Origin: Halomicronema hongdechloris C2206
GTDB lineage: Bacteria; Cyanobacteriota; Cyanobacteriia; Phormidesmidales; Phormidesmidaceae
Assembly (NCBI RefSeq): GCF_002075285.3
Contig: NZ_CP021983.2
Coordinates: 1,860,001 to 1,892,000, forward strand
Length of the DNA: 32,000 bases
Direction: 5' to 3'
This document shows positions 1 to 9,018 of the stretch, piece after piece (position 1 is the first letter of the stretch; every line of letters starts with the position of its first letter). The position numbers and the translations under genes were made by a program. Below the pieces are notes generated by a model that saw only the letters and a program-made list of their open reading frames with translations, was not told the DNA's origin and searched no databases.

Positions 1-352
1 TAGCTAGACCCAAGCTAAAACATGATAGGCATAATAGTAACAACGATAAAAATAATAAATTGGCAGCACTCTCATCATCCTTGGTTATTGGAATAGCTAG
101 TTCGTAACGCAGCGAAGCAATAACGGCTAAAATTGCTGAAGCGGAAGCGTAAACAGTGAAAGTCCCCAATTCAGCTGGTGTGTAAATTCTAGTAATAATA
201 GGAGATGCAGCTATGACTAACGCCTGACTCAGCATCGTTCCAGCGGTCATCAGGAGAATATTTTTAATAAATTGCTTCCCTGCTAATCGTGTTATCAGCC
301 AGTTTGGCAAACTTGATAGCCTATAGTACATTTGCCAGATTTTGTTGAGCAT
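1..352 (-). CDS. Wzx-type polysaccharide/O-antigen flippase (MOP superfamily), N-terminal part only; gene runs off the left edge
   Basis: Not in the ORF track because it is truncated. My manual reverse translation from the ATG at 352-350 gives MLNKIWQMYYRLSSLPNWLITRLAGKQFIKNILLMTAGTMLSQALVIAASPIITRIYTPAELGTFTVY..., open to base 2. This matches the usual N-terminus of Polysacc_synt/Wzx proteins. The start lies 2 nt after the stop of the upstream gene (354). Confidence 0.55.
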   Translation of the reverse strand, partial: MLNKIWQMYYRLSSLPNWLITRLAGKQFIKNILLMTAGTMLSQALVIAASPIITRIYTPAELGTFTVYASASAILAVIASLRYELAIPITKDDESAANLLFLSLLLLCLSCFSLGLA

Positions 353-353
353 G

Positions 354-2351
354 TTAAAGAGCAAATTTCATATTCACTGAATTAAGATTTTCAAAAGTCT
401 CCTGATACGAAGCATCGCTGGAAGTATGTAAAACCACGAAACTATCATTTTGGTAAATGATCGGAAAATCACTATTATGGTTCATACGATCTTTAATTAA
501 AAGAAAATAATCAACACCGTAGGTTTGATTTATATTCAGTCGCCAACTATCGTCTAGACTATAGTATTTCTCACGAATAGCATCATTTAATTGCCTAAAC
601 CCTAATAAAGAAGGCTCTACCTCTAAATATTTGTCAATATCAATTTGGAACTCTCGAAATCTCCTCATCCCTTCTTGATAGACATTAAAATCACTTTTAT
701 AAACACAGCAAGATAGCAATATCCATTCGCGCAAATTTCCAAATGAACTGCGATGCGAATAGTCTCTCCAACCATAATAAATTGTTGGATCAACCATAAA
801 TAATGCACTCTTTTGAGTGTTATTTTTCGCCCAAATCTGTACTCTATAATAGTCCCTTCTTAGGGCGATTTCTTGAGAACTAAGAGATTGAGATTCTTGC
901 CATAAATAGGCTAAACCTAGGAATAAAACAAGGACAAGGTTTTTAAGCAAATTTAAATGCAGCAGCCTCAACAACAAAACTACCACAACTAAAACAATAG
1001 GTACAAGTAAAAAATATTTAGATGCAAGACCGGTGTAGGCAGATATCTTCCAGGAATCCAACATACCGTGTAGAGCATATAATCCAACTAAAGTAATGCA
1101 CACAACTATAAGTGATGTGACTGATAGCGTATGTAAAGATCTATCCCGCTGGCGTAAGAAACGAAAAACGATAGGGCTCGTTAGAATGATAGATAAAGCC
1201 AAAGGGAATCCTGGCTTAAAGACCAAAGGGGAGATAAGAATTGCTGATGCTACAGGCCTACGCCATACATATCCTTGTCTTATTTCTTGCCATAGCCCAT
1301 CAGTCACATAGATAATACTGATAAAAGTAATGATGTCATTAGCCCGATGTAGAGAGAGTTTGACAATGGTCGTACTCAATTGAGTCATAGAAAATACGAC
1401 TCCAATGCACACTAGAGAAACCATTGCCAAGCAGCCGTAGAATATTCTCCTTTTCTTCTCATCTAACGGAGTGCGCGTGAAGTAGTAAACAAATAAAAGT
1501 GTCAAAGAGAGAAAAGGAATGAATCTTTCCTGATGGTTAAATGTGAAGTGGCCATAGTCAACGGGATACCAATGGACACTGCCCAGCTTCGAAAAGCTAA
1601 ACCAGATATCTTTAGGGATCTCGTTTGCAAGATGAGCTTCAGGACTCACGACCAGCGAAATCCATAGAAACGCTGTAGCGCTCAGTAAAATAGCAAATCC
1701 TAAATACCTGAGTTTGAAGATTTTAATTGGTCTAGCAAGCGAAGCTGAAAACAAGAAAATTCCTCCCATCAACCCAATTGTGGGATGATTAAGAAAGGTC
1801 ATTAGAATTAAAACACCTGCGAGAAAGTATCTGCCTTTTAGAAGAGCTGCGATCGCCAGCAAGCGAAAAGAATGAGCTGTCACATAGTACAAGCCGTAAA
1901 CAATCCCAAACCGAGCTAGGTTCATATTGGGAGCATAGCTTGCAAGCAACAAGATTGTGACTAAGACGGGAACGACTTTAGAAGTCTTTGGCTTTAGGGT
2001 TCGTGTGAGGATAATAATAGCTGTGGCAAAAAGAATATGTTCAACAGCAATAAATATTGGCACAACGGCCTCTGGCTTGATTCCAAAACTGGAATAGAGC
2101 CAGGGATAGAGTCTCATTACCAAGGAGGCGTCATAGGCTTCGGCTCCGTTAGGAAAATCACGAATAAAATTTTCGGGTTGAAACTTTTGATATACATAGA
2201 TTAGGGGAGAAAACCCCTGCCAGGCATGCTGTAAATCGATGTGTCGAACTCTCTGCCACCAGACGTAAGTCAAATACAGCCCCAAGAGGACATACATCCC
2301 GACCTGAGAATTGAATCTGCGTAGGATGCTAGATGTGTGAAATGATTTCAT
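354..2351 (-). CDS. Polytopic integral membrane protein, function unknown (GT-C-like or polymerase-like architecture)
   Basis: 665-aa ORF. The first ~480 aa are a run of hydrophobic helices (MYVLLGLYLTYVWW, VVPIFIAVEHILFATAIIILT, LLVPIVLVVVVLLLRLL and others). The last ~180 aa look soluble. It is tightly packed in the operon. I recognised no family by eye, so confidence refers to the gene being real, not to its function. Confidence 0.7.
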   Translation of the reverse strand: MKSFHTSSILRRFNSQVGMYVLLGLYLTYVWWQRVRHIDLQHAWQGFSPLIYVYQKFQPENFIRDFPNGAEAYDASLVMRLYPWLYSSFGIKPEAVVPIFIAVEHILFATAIIILTRTLKPKTSKVVPVLVTILLLASYAPNMNLARFGIVYGLYYVTAHSFRLLAIAALLKGRYFLAGVLILMTFLNHPTIGLMGGIFLFSASLARPIKIFKLRYLGFAILLSATAFLWISLVVSPEAHLANEIPKDIWFSFSKLGSVHWYPVDYGHFTFNHQERFIPFLSLTLLFVYYFTRTPLDEKKRRIFYGCLAMVSLVCIGVVFSMTQLSTTIVKLSLHRANDIITFISIIYVTDGLWQEIRQGYVWRRPVASAILISPLVFKPGFPLALSIILTSPIVFRFLRQRDRSLHTLSVTSLIVVCITLVGLYALHGMLDSWKISAYTGLASKYFLLVPIVLVVVVLLLRLLHLNLLKNLVLVLFLGLAYLWQESQSLSSQEIALRRDYYRVQIWAKNNTQKSALFMVDPTIYYGWRDYSHRSSFGNLREWILLSCCVYKSDFNVYQEGMRRFREFQIDIDKYLEVEPSLLGFRQLNDAIREKYYSLDDSWRLNINQTYGVDYFLLIKDRMNHNSDFPIIYQNDSFVVLHTSSDASYQETFENLNSVNMKFAL

Positions 2352-2380
2352 ATAACTTACGCTTCAAGTTCTTTTGAAAA

Positions 2381-3379
2381 TCACCTTGACAGGTCGTTCA
2401 CAGGAACAGACTCTGGCTGAGGAGAACGAGCTTTTTGCATTACCCTAATAAACTCTCTCCCGTCAACAAACAGCTCTATTAGAAAACCAGATAAAGCAAA
2501 TACATACTTACTGGCAACCACGATCGCAACGACTGCAATTGCTGAAGCCTGTGTAACACCTAGTAACCCAGATAAGGCAATGATGGATGCTTCACCAAGC
2601 GCAATTCCCAAAAAAGACAGGGGGATAACATTAGAGAGCTGAGCTGTGAAAACAATAGACCATATGGAAAGTAGAGATACTGTGTTAACTTCTCGGAAGA
2701 GGAAGTAATAGCTAGAAGCGAAACACAAATGTCCGACAATAGAAAGCATTAAAGCATTTGCTATAGACTTGAAGCTCATCCTCTCTGCGATGGAAGAAAC
2801 GAAATTGAAAAGTTTCTTTCGATACCCCATCCATGCAATATAAATTATTAGAAGAAAAACGCAAAGAAGCAGTATCAGAATCCCCCAGGGGATTGAGATA
2901 TTTTGGTCTATTTTTGTTACAAGGACTGGAGATAGCGCTAGGGCTAGCATAATCATACTGATAAGCCCATAGACGCGATCTCCTACAATAGAAGCAGAAC
3001 ACAGATAAGGCTTTCTGGAGTATTCATAAAGTTTCATCAATCGAGTAGCTTCACTACTTAATGAAGATAGCATTGCTATTTCAACAAAATCAGCAAGAAG
3101 GTTGGTTCGAAAAAGAAAAATAACAGGAGAATATCCTACTTCAACAACCGCGCTGTACAGCTGAGACCAACGTGCCGCGTAAAACACTTTACTTACCAGA
3201 AGTAAAACACCAAAAATAATCAAGTTTAGTGATGATACTTTGATTAGTTTGTTAAATACTTCAGACCTCATAAAAAAATTAATAAGAACGAAGACTAGAA
3301 TCGATAAGCCAGTCCACTTGATTAGCTTGAGGTATTTGCTGTTTAATAAAATCTGTGCATTTTTGAGGAATCTAATCAT
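2381..3379 (-). CDS. Flippase-like membrane protein (LPG-synthase-TM/UPF0104-like), tentative
   Basis: 332 aa with about 8 hydrophobic segments. The basic N-terminus followed by LLLVSKVFYAARWSQLY resembles the flippase-like domain of MprF/AglD-type proteins that accompany GT2 enzymes. Assignment is from memory only. Confidence 0.45.
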   Translation of the reverse strand: MIRFLKNAQILLNSKYLKLIKWTGLSILVFVLINFFMRSEVFNKLIKVSSLNLIIFGVLLLVSKVFYAARWSQLYSAVVEVGYSPVIFLFRTNLLADFVEIAMLSSLSSEATRLMKLYEYSRKPYLCSASIVGDRVYGLISMIMLALALSPVLVTKIDQNISIPWGILILLLCVFLLIIYIAWMGYRKKLFNFVSSIAERMSFKSIANALMLSIVGHLCFASSYYFLFREVNTVSLLSIWSIVFTAQLSNVIPLSFLGIALGEASIIALSGLLGVTQASAIAVVAIVVASKYVFALSGFLIELFVDGREFIRVMQKARSPQPESVPVNDLSR

Positions 3380-3496
3380 ATTTAGACTGATGTCCCAAAG
3401 AAAAAAATCACCTTTTCTAGATTAATTAGCTTTCTATCAATTTCTAGAAGGTAATATCTAAAGGATATTTTAGTGTCAGCCATCTCTTTTTTCTGT

Positions 3497-4075
3497 TCAT
3501 TCTGTGAGAACTGAAGTTAATAAAGACAGTCCCGCATCATAAGCAATTTTCTCGTTTTCACAATATGATAGGTTTTTATCGAGCTTGTATGGCAAGCGCA
3601 ATAAAACTTCGCCAGAGTCAACGGAGGCGATAACCCTATGCAAGCACGCTTCTTGCTCAAAATCCTCCTCAACAAGAGCCTTATTAATAGCTCCTATACC
3701 TCCGTATGTTGGAATTCTGGCACAGTGTATGTTCAGAATATCTATGCCCGTACTTAAAACCTTACTGTTAATTATCAAGCCAGCTCTGAAAAGAACCATT
3801 TTGCTTGGCGAATTACTTGCAATTGTACGAAGAAGGTCTTTGTTTGAATTGATTCCTGGAAATGATTTAGGAGGAGAATTTCCGTCTCTTAAAAATTCAC
3901 AGCAAGCCATTTTTGATAACAATGAAAATTTAATTTTTTGTTTCCTTAAAAGATTCCAGATCCGAGATAAATTTGTTGACCTATCTACCAAGACTTGCAC
4001 ATTATCAGAAGTGTCTAAAAGCTGTATCGCCTTGTTTCCCAATTTGTCATTACCCACAACGACGAGAGTCTTCAT
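3497..4075 (-). CDS. Formyltransferase-family protein, N-terminal catalytic domain only (candidate sugar N-formyltransferase)
   Basis: LNIHCARIPTYGGIGAINKALVEEDFEQEACLHRVIASVDSGEVLL parallels the Fmt/GART core (N-[IV]-H...P-x-[WY]-[RG]-G...D-[ST]-G-[DE]-x-L). The ATG overlaps the stop of the upstream aminotransferase (ATGA at 4072-4075). Confidence 0.65.
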   Translation of the reverse strand: MKTLVVVGNDKLGNKAIQLLDTSDNVQVLVDRSTNLSRIWNLLRKQKIKFSLLSKMACCEFLRDGNSPPKSFPGINSNKDLLRTIASNSPSKMVLFRAGLIINSKVLSTGIDILNIHCARIPTYGGIGAINKALVEEDFEQEACLHRVIASVDSGEVLLRLPYKLDKNLSYCENEKIAYDAGLSLLTSVLTE

Positions 4076-5223
4076 TTTGACACAGTGAAATTGATAGTAG
4101 TTTTACTTGCCTGTTTCGAATTTGGATATGCACTTGGTTGGGTGCTATAAGACTTTAAACTTGGTATGCTGTATTGTATAAGCTCTCCAAGATGTAGTCC
4201 TTGTGAGGCAAATTCAGTGATCACTGATTGTCGATTTGGAACACGCACTACATAGTGTGAATAAGTTGCACCTTTGTATAAAGGTGGAAAAATCCATTGG
4301 TCTCTGCGCTCTAAATATTTATCATACCAGTGTGCTAGTCTTCGCCTATGTTCGATAATTTCTGGATATTTTTTGAGTTGTTCCGCCCCTACTGCCGCTT
4401 CGACATTCAGCATCTTATCGCAATAATCAGGTGGAAACCGGATCTGATCATCTAAATGGTAAGCCTTGGTCAAGCGGTTTAGAAGCGGTGTTTTTTCCTG
4501 GAGCCACCAAGTAAATCCATAAACTTGTTCATGGAAGGCGATGTAAACAGCCAGTAAATAGAGTCTACGCATCCAGGCTTTCCACCAGGTTGGTGTCTTG
4601 AAATGTTGATCGCGCCAGTATCTTACCTGATCAGCCAGGGCTTGATTCTGAAACGTCAACATTCCCCCGAAAATCGACGTGATAATTTTACTGATATTGA
4701 ACGCATAAACTGCCACATCTCCAGAAGTACCGACAAGACGGTCATTCCACTCTGCTCCGAAGGCATGACAACAATCTTGCATTAGCCAAACTTTATGCCC
4801 AAAGCGTTGTTCTGTCTCTGACACGATCGCCTCTAGCCGATCAAGATCCTGAGGATAACCAAAGGTGTGAGTTGCAATAATTCCTCGCGTTTTTTCATTG
4901 ATTGCAGCCGAAACTAGGTCCAAATCCATGTTGTAGTCATCGAGTTGGATATCGATAAATCGGGGACGATTACCACTCAAGGTCACCGCATGAGCGACAA
5001 CCGAACAGGTGTAAGCAGGCATAATAATTTCGGCATCCTTGAGACCGATCGCCTTAAAAAAAGCCCACTGAGCTGAACGTCCATAAGGAAACGCTACTGC
5101 GTCAACTGCCTGAAATGTCTGGGCGAACTCCCTTTCGAAGCGATCTACCGCCCCGTGACTTAGCCGAAATAAAGCGATAAATTCTTCCCAGCCTAAAGCA
5201 GGCTTAAATCGAGGAATCATCAA
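4072..5223 (-). CDS. DegT/DnrJ/EryC1/StrS-family PLP-dependent sugar aminotransferase
   Basis: 383 aa. It has DCCHAFG and the YAFNISKIITSIFGG lysine context typical of the family. ATGA overlaps occur at both ends (5220-5223 and 4072-4075). Confidence 0.8.
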   Translation of the reverse strand: MMIPRFKPALGWEEFIALFRLSHGAVDRFEREFAQTFQAVDAVAFPYGRSAQWAFFKAIGLKDAEIIMPAYTCSVVAHAVTLSGNRPRFIDIQLDDYNMDLDLVSAAINEKTRGIIATHTFGYPQDLDRLEAIVSETEQRFGHKVWLMQDCCHAFGAEWNDRLVGTSGDVAVYAFNISKIITSIFGGMLTFQNQALADQVRYWRDQHFKTPTWWKAWMRRLYLLAVYIAFHEQVYGFTWWLQEKTPLLNRLTKAYHLDDQIRFPPDYCDKMLNVEAAVGAEQLKKYPEIIEHRRRLAHWYDKYLERRDQWIFPPLYKGATYSHYVVRVPNRQSVITEFASQGLHLGELIQYSIPSLKSYSTQPSAYPNSKQASKTTINFTVSK

Positions 5224-6839
5224 GCGTCTCCAAGCTGTCCTGGTGGTTCTGAAATCTCATCCTGAATCTGCCAGTATCCCTGACTGGCCATATGGATTGG
5301 AACAAAGGAACCGAGAGTTGCTTGCACATGAAACCCGTTTTCCTGAGTCAGTTCATCACTCACGGTCAAGTCTCGACCCAAGTGAATAGTGCGGCGATTT
5401 CGTATCGGCCAAAGTTTGGTATTGGTAATCAACTGACGTACGAGTTGCTGCTTAATCCACTCACGTGAAAACTTGAAACGGAATAAGGTCAAGGACAGTA
5501 TCCGTAGGACTAGAAATTGCCAAGGCTGGGGGAGGACTTTTGGCATCGTGACAATAGGGGCCTCGATAGAGAGACTGTTTTCCTTCCACGTCGTGACTCG
5601 ATTCTCTTTTTGATAAGCCTGACTACTTCCCAATTGGCCTTTAGCATTCCGTACAACAACTCCTGCATTGAGAAGATGCAATTTCGTATCTTTGAAATGG
5701 TAGACGACGCCGCCCTTATGCGTAGAAATGATGGAGTAATGCTCTTTACCTCTATCGATGAGTAGTCCAGCTTCAGGGAAATATTGACGTTGTCGTTGTT
5801 TCTGTTCTGCTGGTAAGGTGTCATGGCTAAGCAACGCCTTATCATCAAACTTGTCCGATGTATGATTCAGCAAATTCTTCGCTAAAGTTGCCGCCCAACA
5901 ATAAGCATTAAACATCGGAATGAGATTAGGGTCATCCATTGCTGTGAGTGTAACGACGCGATTTTGAGCAATGCTCTGAACCATGAATCGGGATAAGGCC
6001 ATTGCTGCCGGTATGTCAGACGACAGCGCCAGGGGGCCTGCTGGATAGTAAAACCGAGTACAGCGGCTGCCATAGAGTCCACCAAACGACCCATCAGGAT
6101 GAGCAAAATACCTCAAAAAGCTCAGAGAATTTTGCAGGGGACGCTGCAAATCCCAAGCGGGGCGCAGTTTGTGGACATCTGCCAGATAGTAAGTACATAG
6201 GCTTTGATAACCAGGATCTGCCCCCTCATATTCTAGGAACCAACCTTCCTGAGACTGATGACACAAAATTCTTGTGAGAAGCTCCTCAGCACGCTGTTCT
6301 GCTTCTGGATCTCCCGTAAGGTCATGCCATCGAGCTAATGCAGCAACTGCAGTAGCGAGATGATTAGAGATAAGGGCGTGAGTTTCATCAGCGCTCTGCA
6401 AGTACTCAATCAGCGGTTGCACGATTCTCCGCCAGTTCTCCTGCTCAACAGCAGAAATCTCTTCGGACAGCAAGTCTATCGTGCACAGTAAATCGAAAGC
6501 GACTAAAGCTGTGACACAGAAAGACCCTTCATTCGGAAAGGCTTCCTCTACACTCCCGTCTCGTCGGGTCAGATATGCTGTTGCTTGGAAAAGCGCATCA
6601 ATGCGTCTGACAAAGTGTTCCTGAGTAGTTGGATAGGGCCATAGTTGATGACTCCACAATCGAGCGAAACCATGAGCCATGCCTTGAAAACTAGCATTAC
6701 CGAAGTCGATCAAGCCCCAAGCCCAATGATAGCGATCGCCCATCCCATAGCTTACACTTGTCGGGTCGGTATCTATTAACGCAAGAATTCTGGGCAGGAC
6801 TGAATATATCTGGAACAGGTACACCTCGTGGCTTTGCAT
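5220..6839 (-). CDS. Hypothetical protein, possibly an alpha/alpha-toroid enzyme (heparinase II/III-like?), function unknown
   Basis: 539-aa ORF translationally coupled to the aminotransferase. It has repeated helical-pair-like motifs (DRYHWAWGLIDFGN, EEAFPNEGSFCVTA, EGWFLEYEGADPGYQSL, HPDGSFGG) followed by a beta-rich C-terminal ~200 aa. The fold guess is weak. Confidence 0.6.
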   Translation of the reverse strand: MQSHEVYLFQIYSVLPRILALIDTDPTSVSYGMGDRYHWAWGLIDFGNASFQGMAHGFARLWSHQLWPYPTTQEHFVRRIDALFQATAYLTRRDGSVEEAFPNEGSFCVTALVAFDLLCTIDLLSEEISAVEQENWRRIVQPLIEYLQSADETHALISNHLATAVAALARWHDLTGDPEAEQRAEELLTRILCHQSQEGWFLEYEGADPGYQSLCTYYLADVHKLRPAWDLQRPLQNSLSFLRYFAHPDGSFGGLYGSRCTRFYYPAGPLALSSDIPAAMALSRFMVQSIAQNRVVTLTAMDDPNLIPMFNAYCWAATLAKNLLNHTSDKFDDKALLSHDTLPAEQKQRQRQYFPEAGLLIDRGKEHYSIISTHKGGVVYHFKDTKLHLLNAGVVVRNAKGQLGSSQAYQKENRVTTWKENSLSIEAPIVTMPKVLPQPWQFLVLRILSLTLFRFKFSREWIKQQLVRQLITNTKLWPIRNRRTIHLGRDLTVSDELTQENGFHVQATLGSFVPIHMASQGYWQIQDEISEPPGQLGDA

Positions 6840-6842
6840 TGA

Positions 6843-7625
6843 TCAGCTCTTTCTCTTTTGATAACGAAATCTGAGAATCAAACTGCAATCTAGCCAGCGA
6901 AGCCAGGGAAAGGGCCAATAAGTAACCTGTTGGCGTTGGAAAACGCGATCTAGATTAATCAAAATGTCGTCAGCAAAATTTGGATGTTCCCAACAGATAA
7001 TTTTGTCTGGATCAATCGTGGTGTTTTGTTTGAACCAACGGCGAGACGTCAGCAGTCTGCCCAGCCCCCAGGCTAATCCTCCTTCGGCAGGAATAGCTCC
7101 GATGAGGATTCCACCGGGTTTTAGCACGCGCCTCATTTCCATTAAGTAGGGACTGAGAGGATAGAGATGCTCCAGAGAGTAGAAGCTCACGATTGCATCG
7201 ACAGAAGCATCAGGCAACGGCAGGCGCTGACCTCGCTCTAACAATAATGTTTGATGTTTGACACCATGTTCCTGCAGGCGACGTTGGGCTTTCTCCATCA
7301 TGGCTGGATGAACATCTGCCAAAAGACAGGAGACTGGTTTTCCCTGCCAGTGAACAAGATGACGAATATCTCCAGCACCAATTTCTAGAACCATCTTTCC
7401 AAGCATCGGAAAGTCTTTCATCACTCGATAACCAGCGTCATTGACTTGGGTCCCGATGCCTTGACGCTGGTTGGCTATGTAAAAGTCACTGTATATTTGC
7501 TGCCATTTTTGCCAGCAAGGATCCGCCGTATTCGCGGTTAGTCCCCATCGTTGGCGATCGCCCCACAGAGGGATTTTTAACCAAAGAGGGAAGACTTGTC
7601 TTAATGTCCATTGAGCCATAAGCAC
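6843..7625 (-). CDS. Class I SAM-dependent methyltransferase
   Basis: VLEIGAGDIRH (motif I) and VDAIVSFYSLEHL...LKPGGILIG are typical of Methyltransf_11/25-type enzymes. Confidence 0.8.
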   Translation of the reverse strand: MLMAQWTLRQVFPLWLKIPLWGDRQRWGLTANTADPCWQKWQQIYSDFYIANQRQGIGTQVNDAGYRVMKDFPMLGKMVLEIGAGDIRHLVHWQGKPVSCLLADVHPAMMEKAQRRLQEHGVKHQTLLLERGQRLPLPDASVDAIVSFYSLEHLYPLSPYLMEMRRVLKPGGILIGAIPAEGGLAWGLGRLLTSRRWFKQNTTIDPDKIICWEHPNFADDILINLDRVFQRQQVTYWPFPWLRWLDCSLILRFRYQKRKS

Positions 7626-7713
7626 GTTGTTTTCATTTGATCAAAAAGCTGGAATTTTGCCCGGTTCAATATTCCTCCTTCTATTTGTCAGCATCATTCC
7701 ATGAAACCTCGCA

Positions 7714-9018
7714 TTATTTAAGTTTACAACTATCATTAACATGACAGCTAAAGCGATATCTATTTTCGGCAATCAATAGATATAAGTACCGGGATACAAA
7801 AATAATCCCCGGTATCTTTGTGAGAATTGCTAACGGATATAGAACCGGCAAACGAGATGCGACTTGTTCAAATGCATCAGCTCCATAATATACCTCACCG
7901 TTTTCGTCTTTAAGCCCCATCTCTAATTCAAGTCTTCTCATATCTAAGGAATGGGGTACATCATCTGAAATCGGTACTGTTTCAAGCCGATGAAACCAAT
8001 CTAGTTTCTTAAGCCCAAAGACTGTTCGACTGCAAAATAGACATTGGTCATCATAGTAAATAGTCACTCTCCTCAAAAGACTATTCCAATCAAGACATAA
8101 GAATAACAATATAGAGCTACCAACAAAATTAATTCCTGCCGTCAGAAATACCAAACAATGCATCAATGACATTGACGCTACAAAGAACAAGCGATAACGA
8201 GGGAGGAAAACAATAGTGACGAAGAATAGTTCACCAATTAAAGCAACGACACCCGCTATGACTGATAAAGGATATGAAAGATGAAAGCTAGATACCGATG
8301 GAGAGACATAGCGGCTTGACAAGAAAATGGAATTCTCAATTCCCACCTCTGCAAGGTGGTCAAGATGTAATACGAACGGCCAATGAATACCAATATCGAT
8401 GATTTTATTTATACCGGCAGAAGTATAAAAGGAACCAATAACAAAGAAGAGTAGAAATATCGGCCAGTGATATCGAGAATTCCGTTGGGTAAGCGAGTAT
8501 CCGTTGGCTAATCCGTAAAAGCTTTCTCTAGGAGAAAGTGCTAAAATAAGTAAACTACATAATGCTATAGTACCTCCATCAATTTCGGCATTAGTAATTT
8601 GCACCATGCCAGTTAAGTGAGTACTAAAAAGAAAAGCTATTAGAGCACAAGCTTTCGGGTGCACACCAAGAATGCCAAAAATACAAGAAACTATAATAGC
8701 CACTTGAATTAAAAGTATGATGTTTTCATTTGGACGTGGGAAAAACTGGTAAATAAACTGGAAAGTGGTGAAGTACGACATGGGGACAGGAAAGGGCCAA
8801 GTGCCATAAACAAATCTTTCTGGATAAGAAAAACTCGATTCGGGAAGCAACCCGTAGATTGTGTAGTTCCTGCTTAAAAAGCGATAAAATAAATATGAAA
8901 AGCTAACGAATTGAAAAATGTAAAAATGTAAGGGTGGTGAGTCCTTGAAAACACCATAGAACCGAAATTCCTGGTAATTTTTTAGACTATCAATTAATTT
9001 CCTCTTAACTTTATTCAT
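7714..9018 (-). CDS. HTTM (vitamin-K-dependent gamma-carboxylase-like) membrane domain fused to a DCC-family (DUF393) thiol-disulfide oxidoreductase
   Basis: C-terminal IYYDDQCLFCSRTV...GEVYYGADAFEQVASRLP...YLYLLIAENRYRF matches the DCC D-x-x-C-x-x-C family. In the N-terminal ~310 aa, FYTSAGINKIIDIGIHW and LFFVASMSLMHCLVF resemble GGCX VYFIAGVKKLDADW and LFFVSYFHCMNSQLF. Confidence 0.7.
   Translation of the reverse strand: MNKVKRKLIDSLKNYQEFRFYGVFKDSPPLHFYIFQFVSFSYLFYRFLSRNYTIYGLLPESSFSYPERFVYGTWPFPVPMSYFTTFQFIYQFFPRPNENIILLIQVAIIVSCIFGILGVHPKACALIAFLFSTHLTGMVQITNAEIDGGTIALCSLLILALSPRESFYGLANGYSLTQRNSRYHWPIFLLFFVIGSFYTSAGINKIIDIGIHWPFVLHLDHLAEVGIENSIFLSSRYVSPSVSSFHLSYPLSVIAGVVALIGELFFVTIVFLPRYRLFFVASMSLMHCLVFLTAGINFVGSSILLFLCLDWNSLLRRVTIYYDDQCLFCSRTVFGLKKLDWFHRLETVPISDDVPHSLDMRRLELEMGLKDENGEVYYGADAFEQVASRLPVLYPLAILTKIPGIIFVSRYLYLLIAENRYRFSCHVNDSCKLK

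Noticed and set aside
3585-4088. 167-aa plus-strand ORF
   Set aside because: It is antisense to the formyltransferase gene, which has clear family motifs. It breaks the operon logic and has no recognisable motifs.
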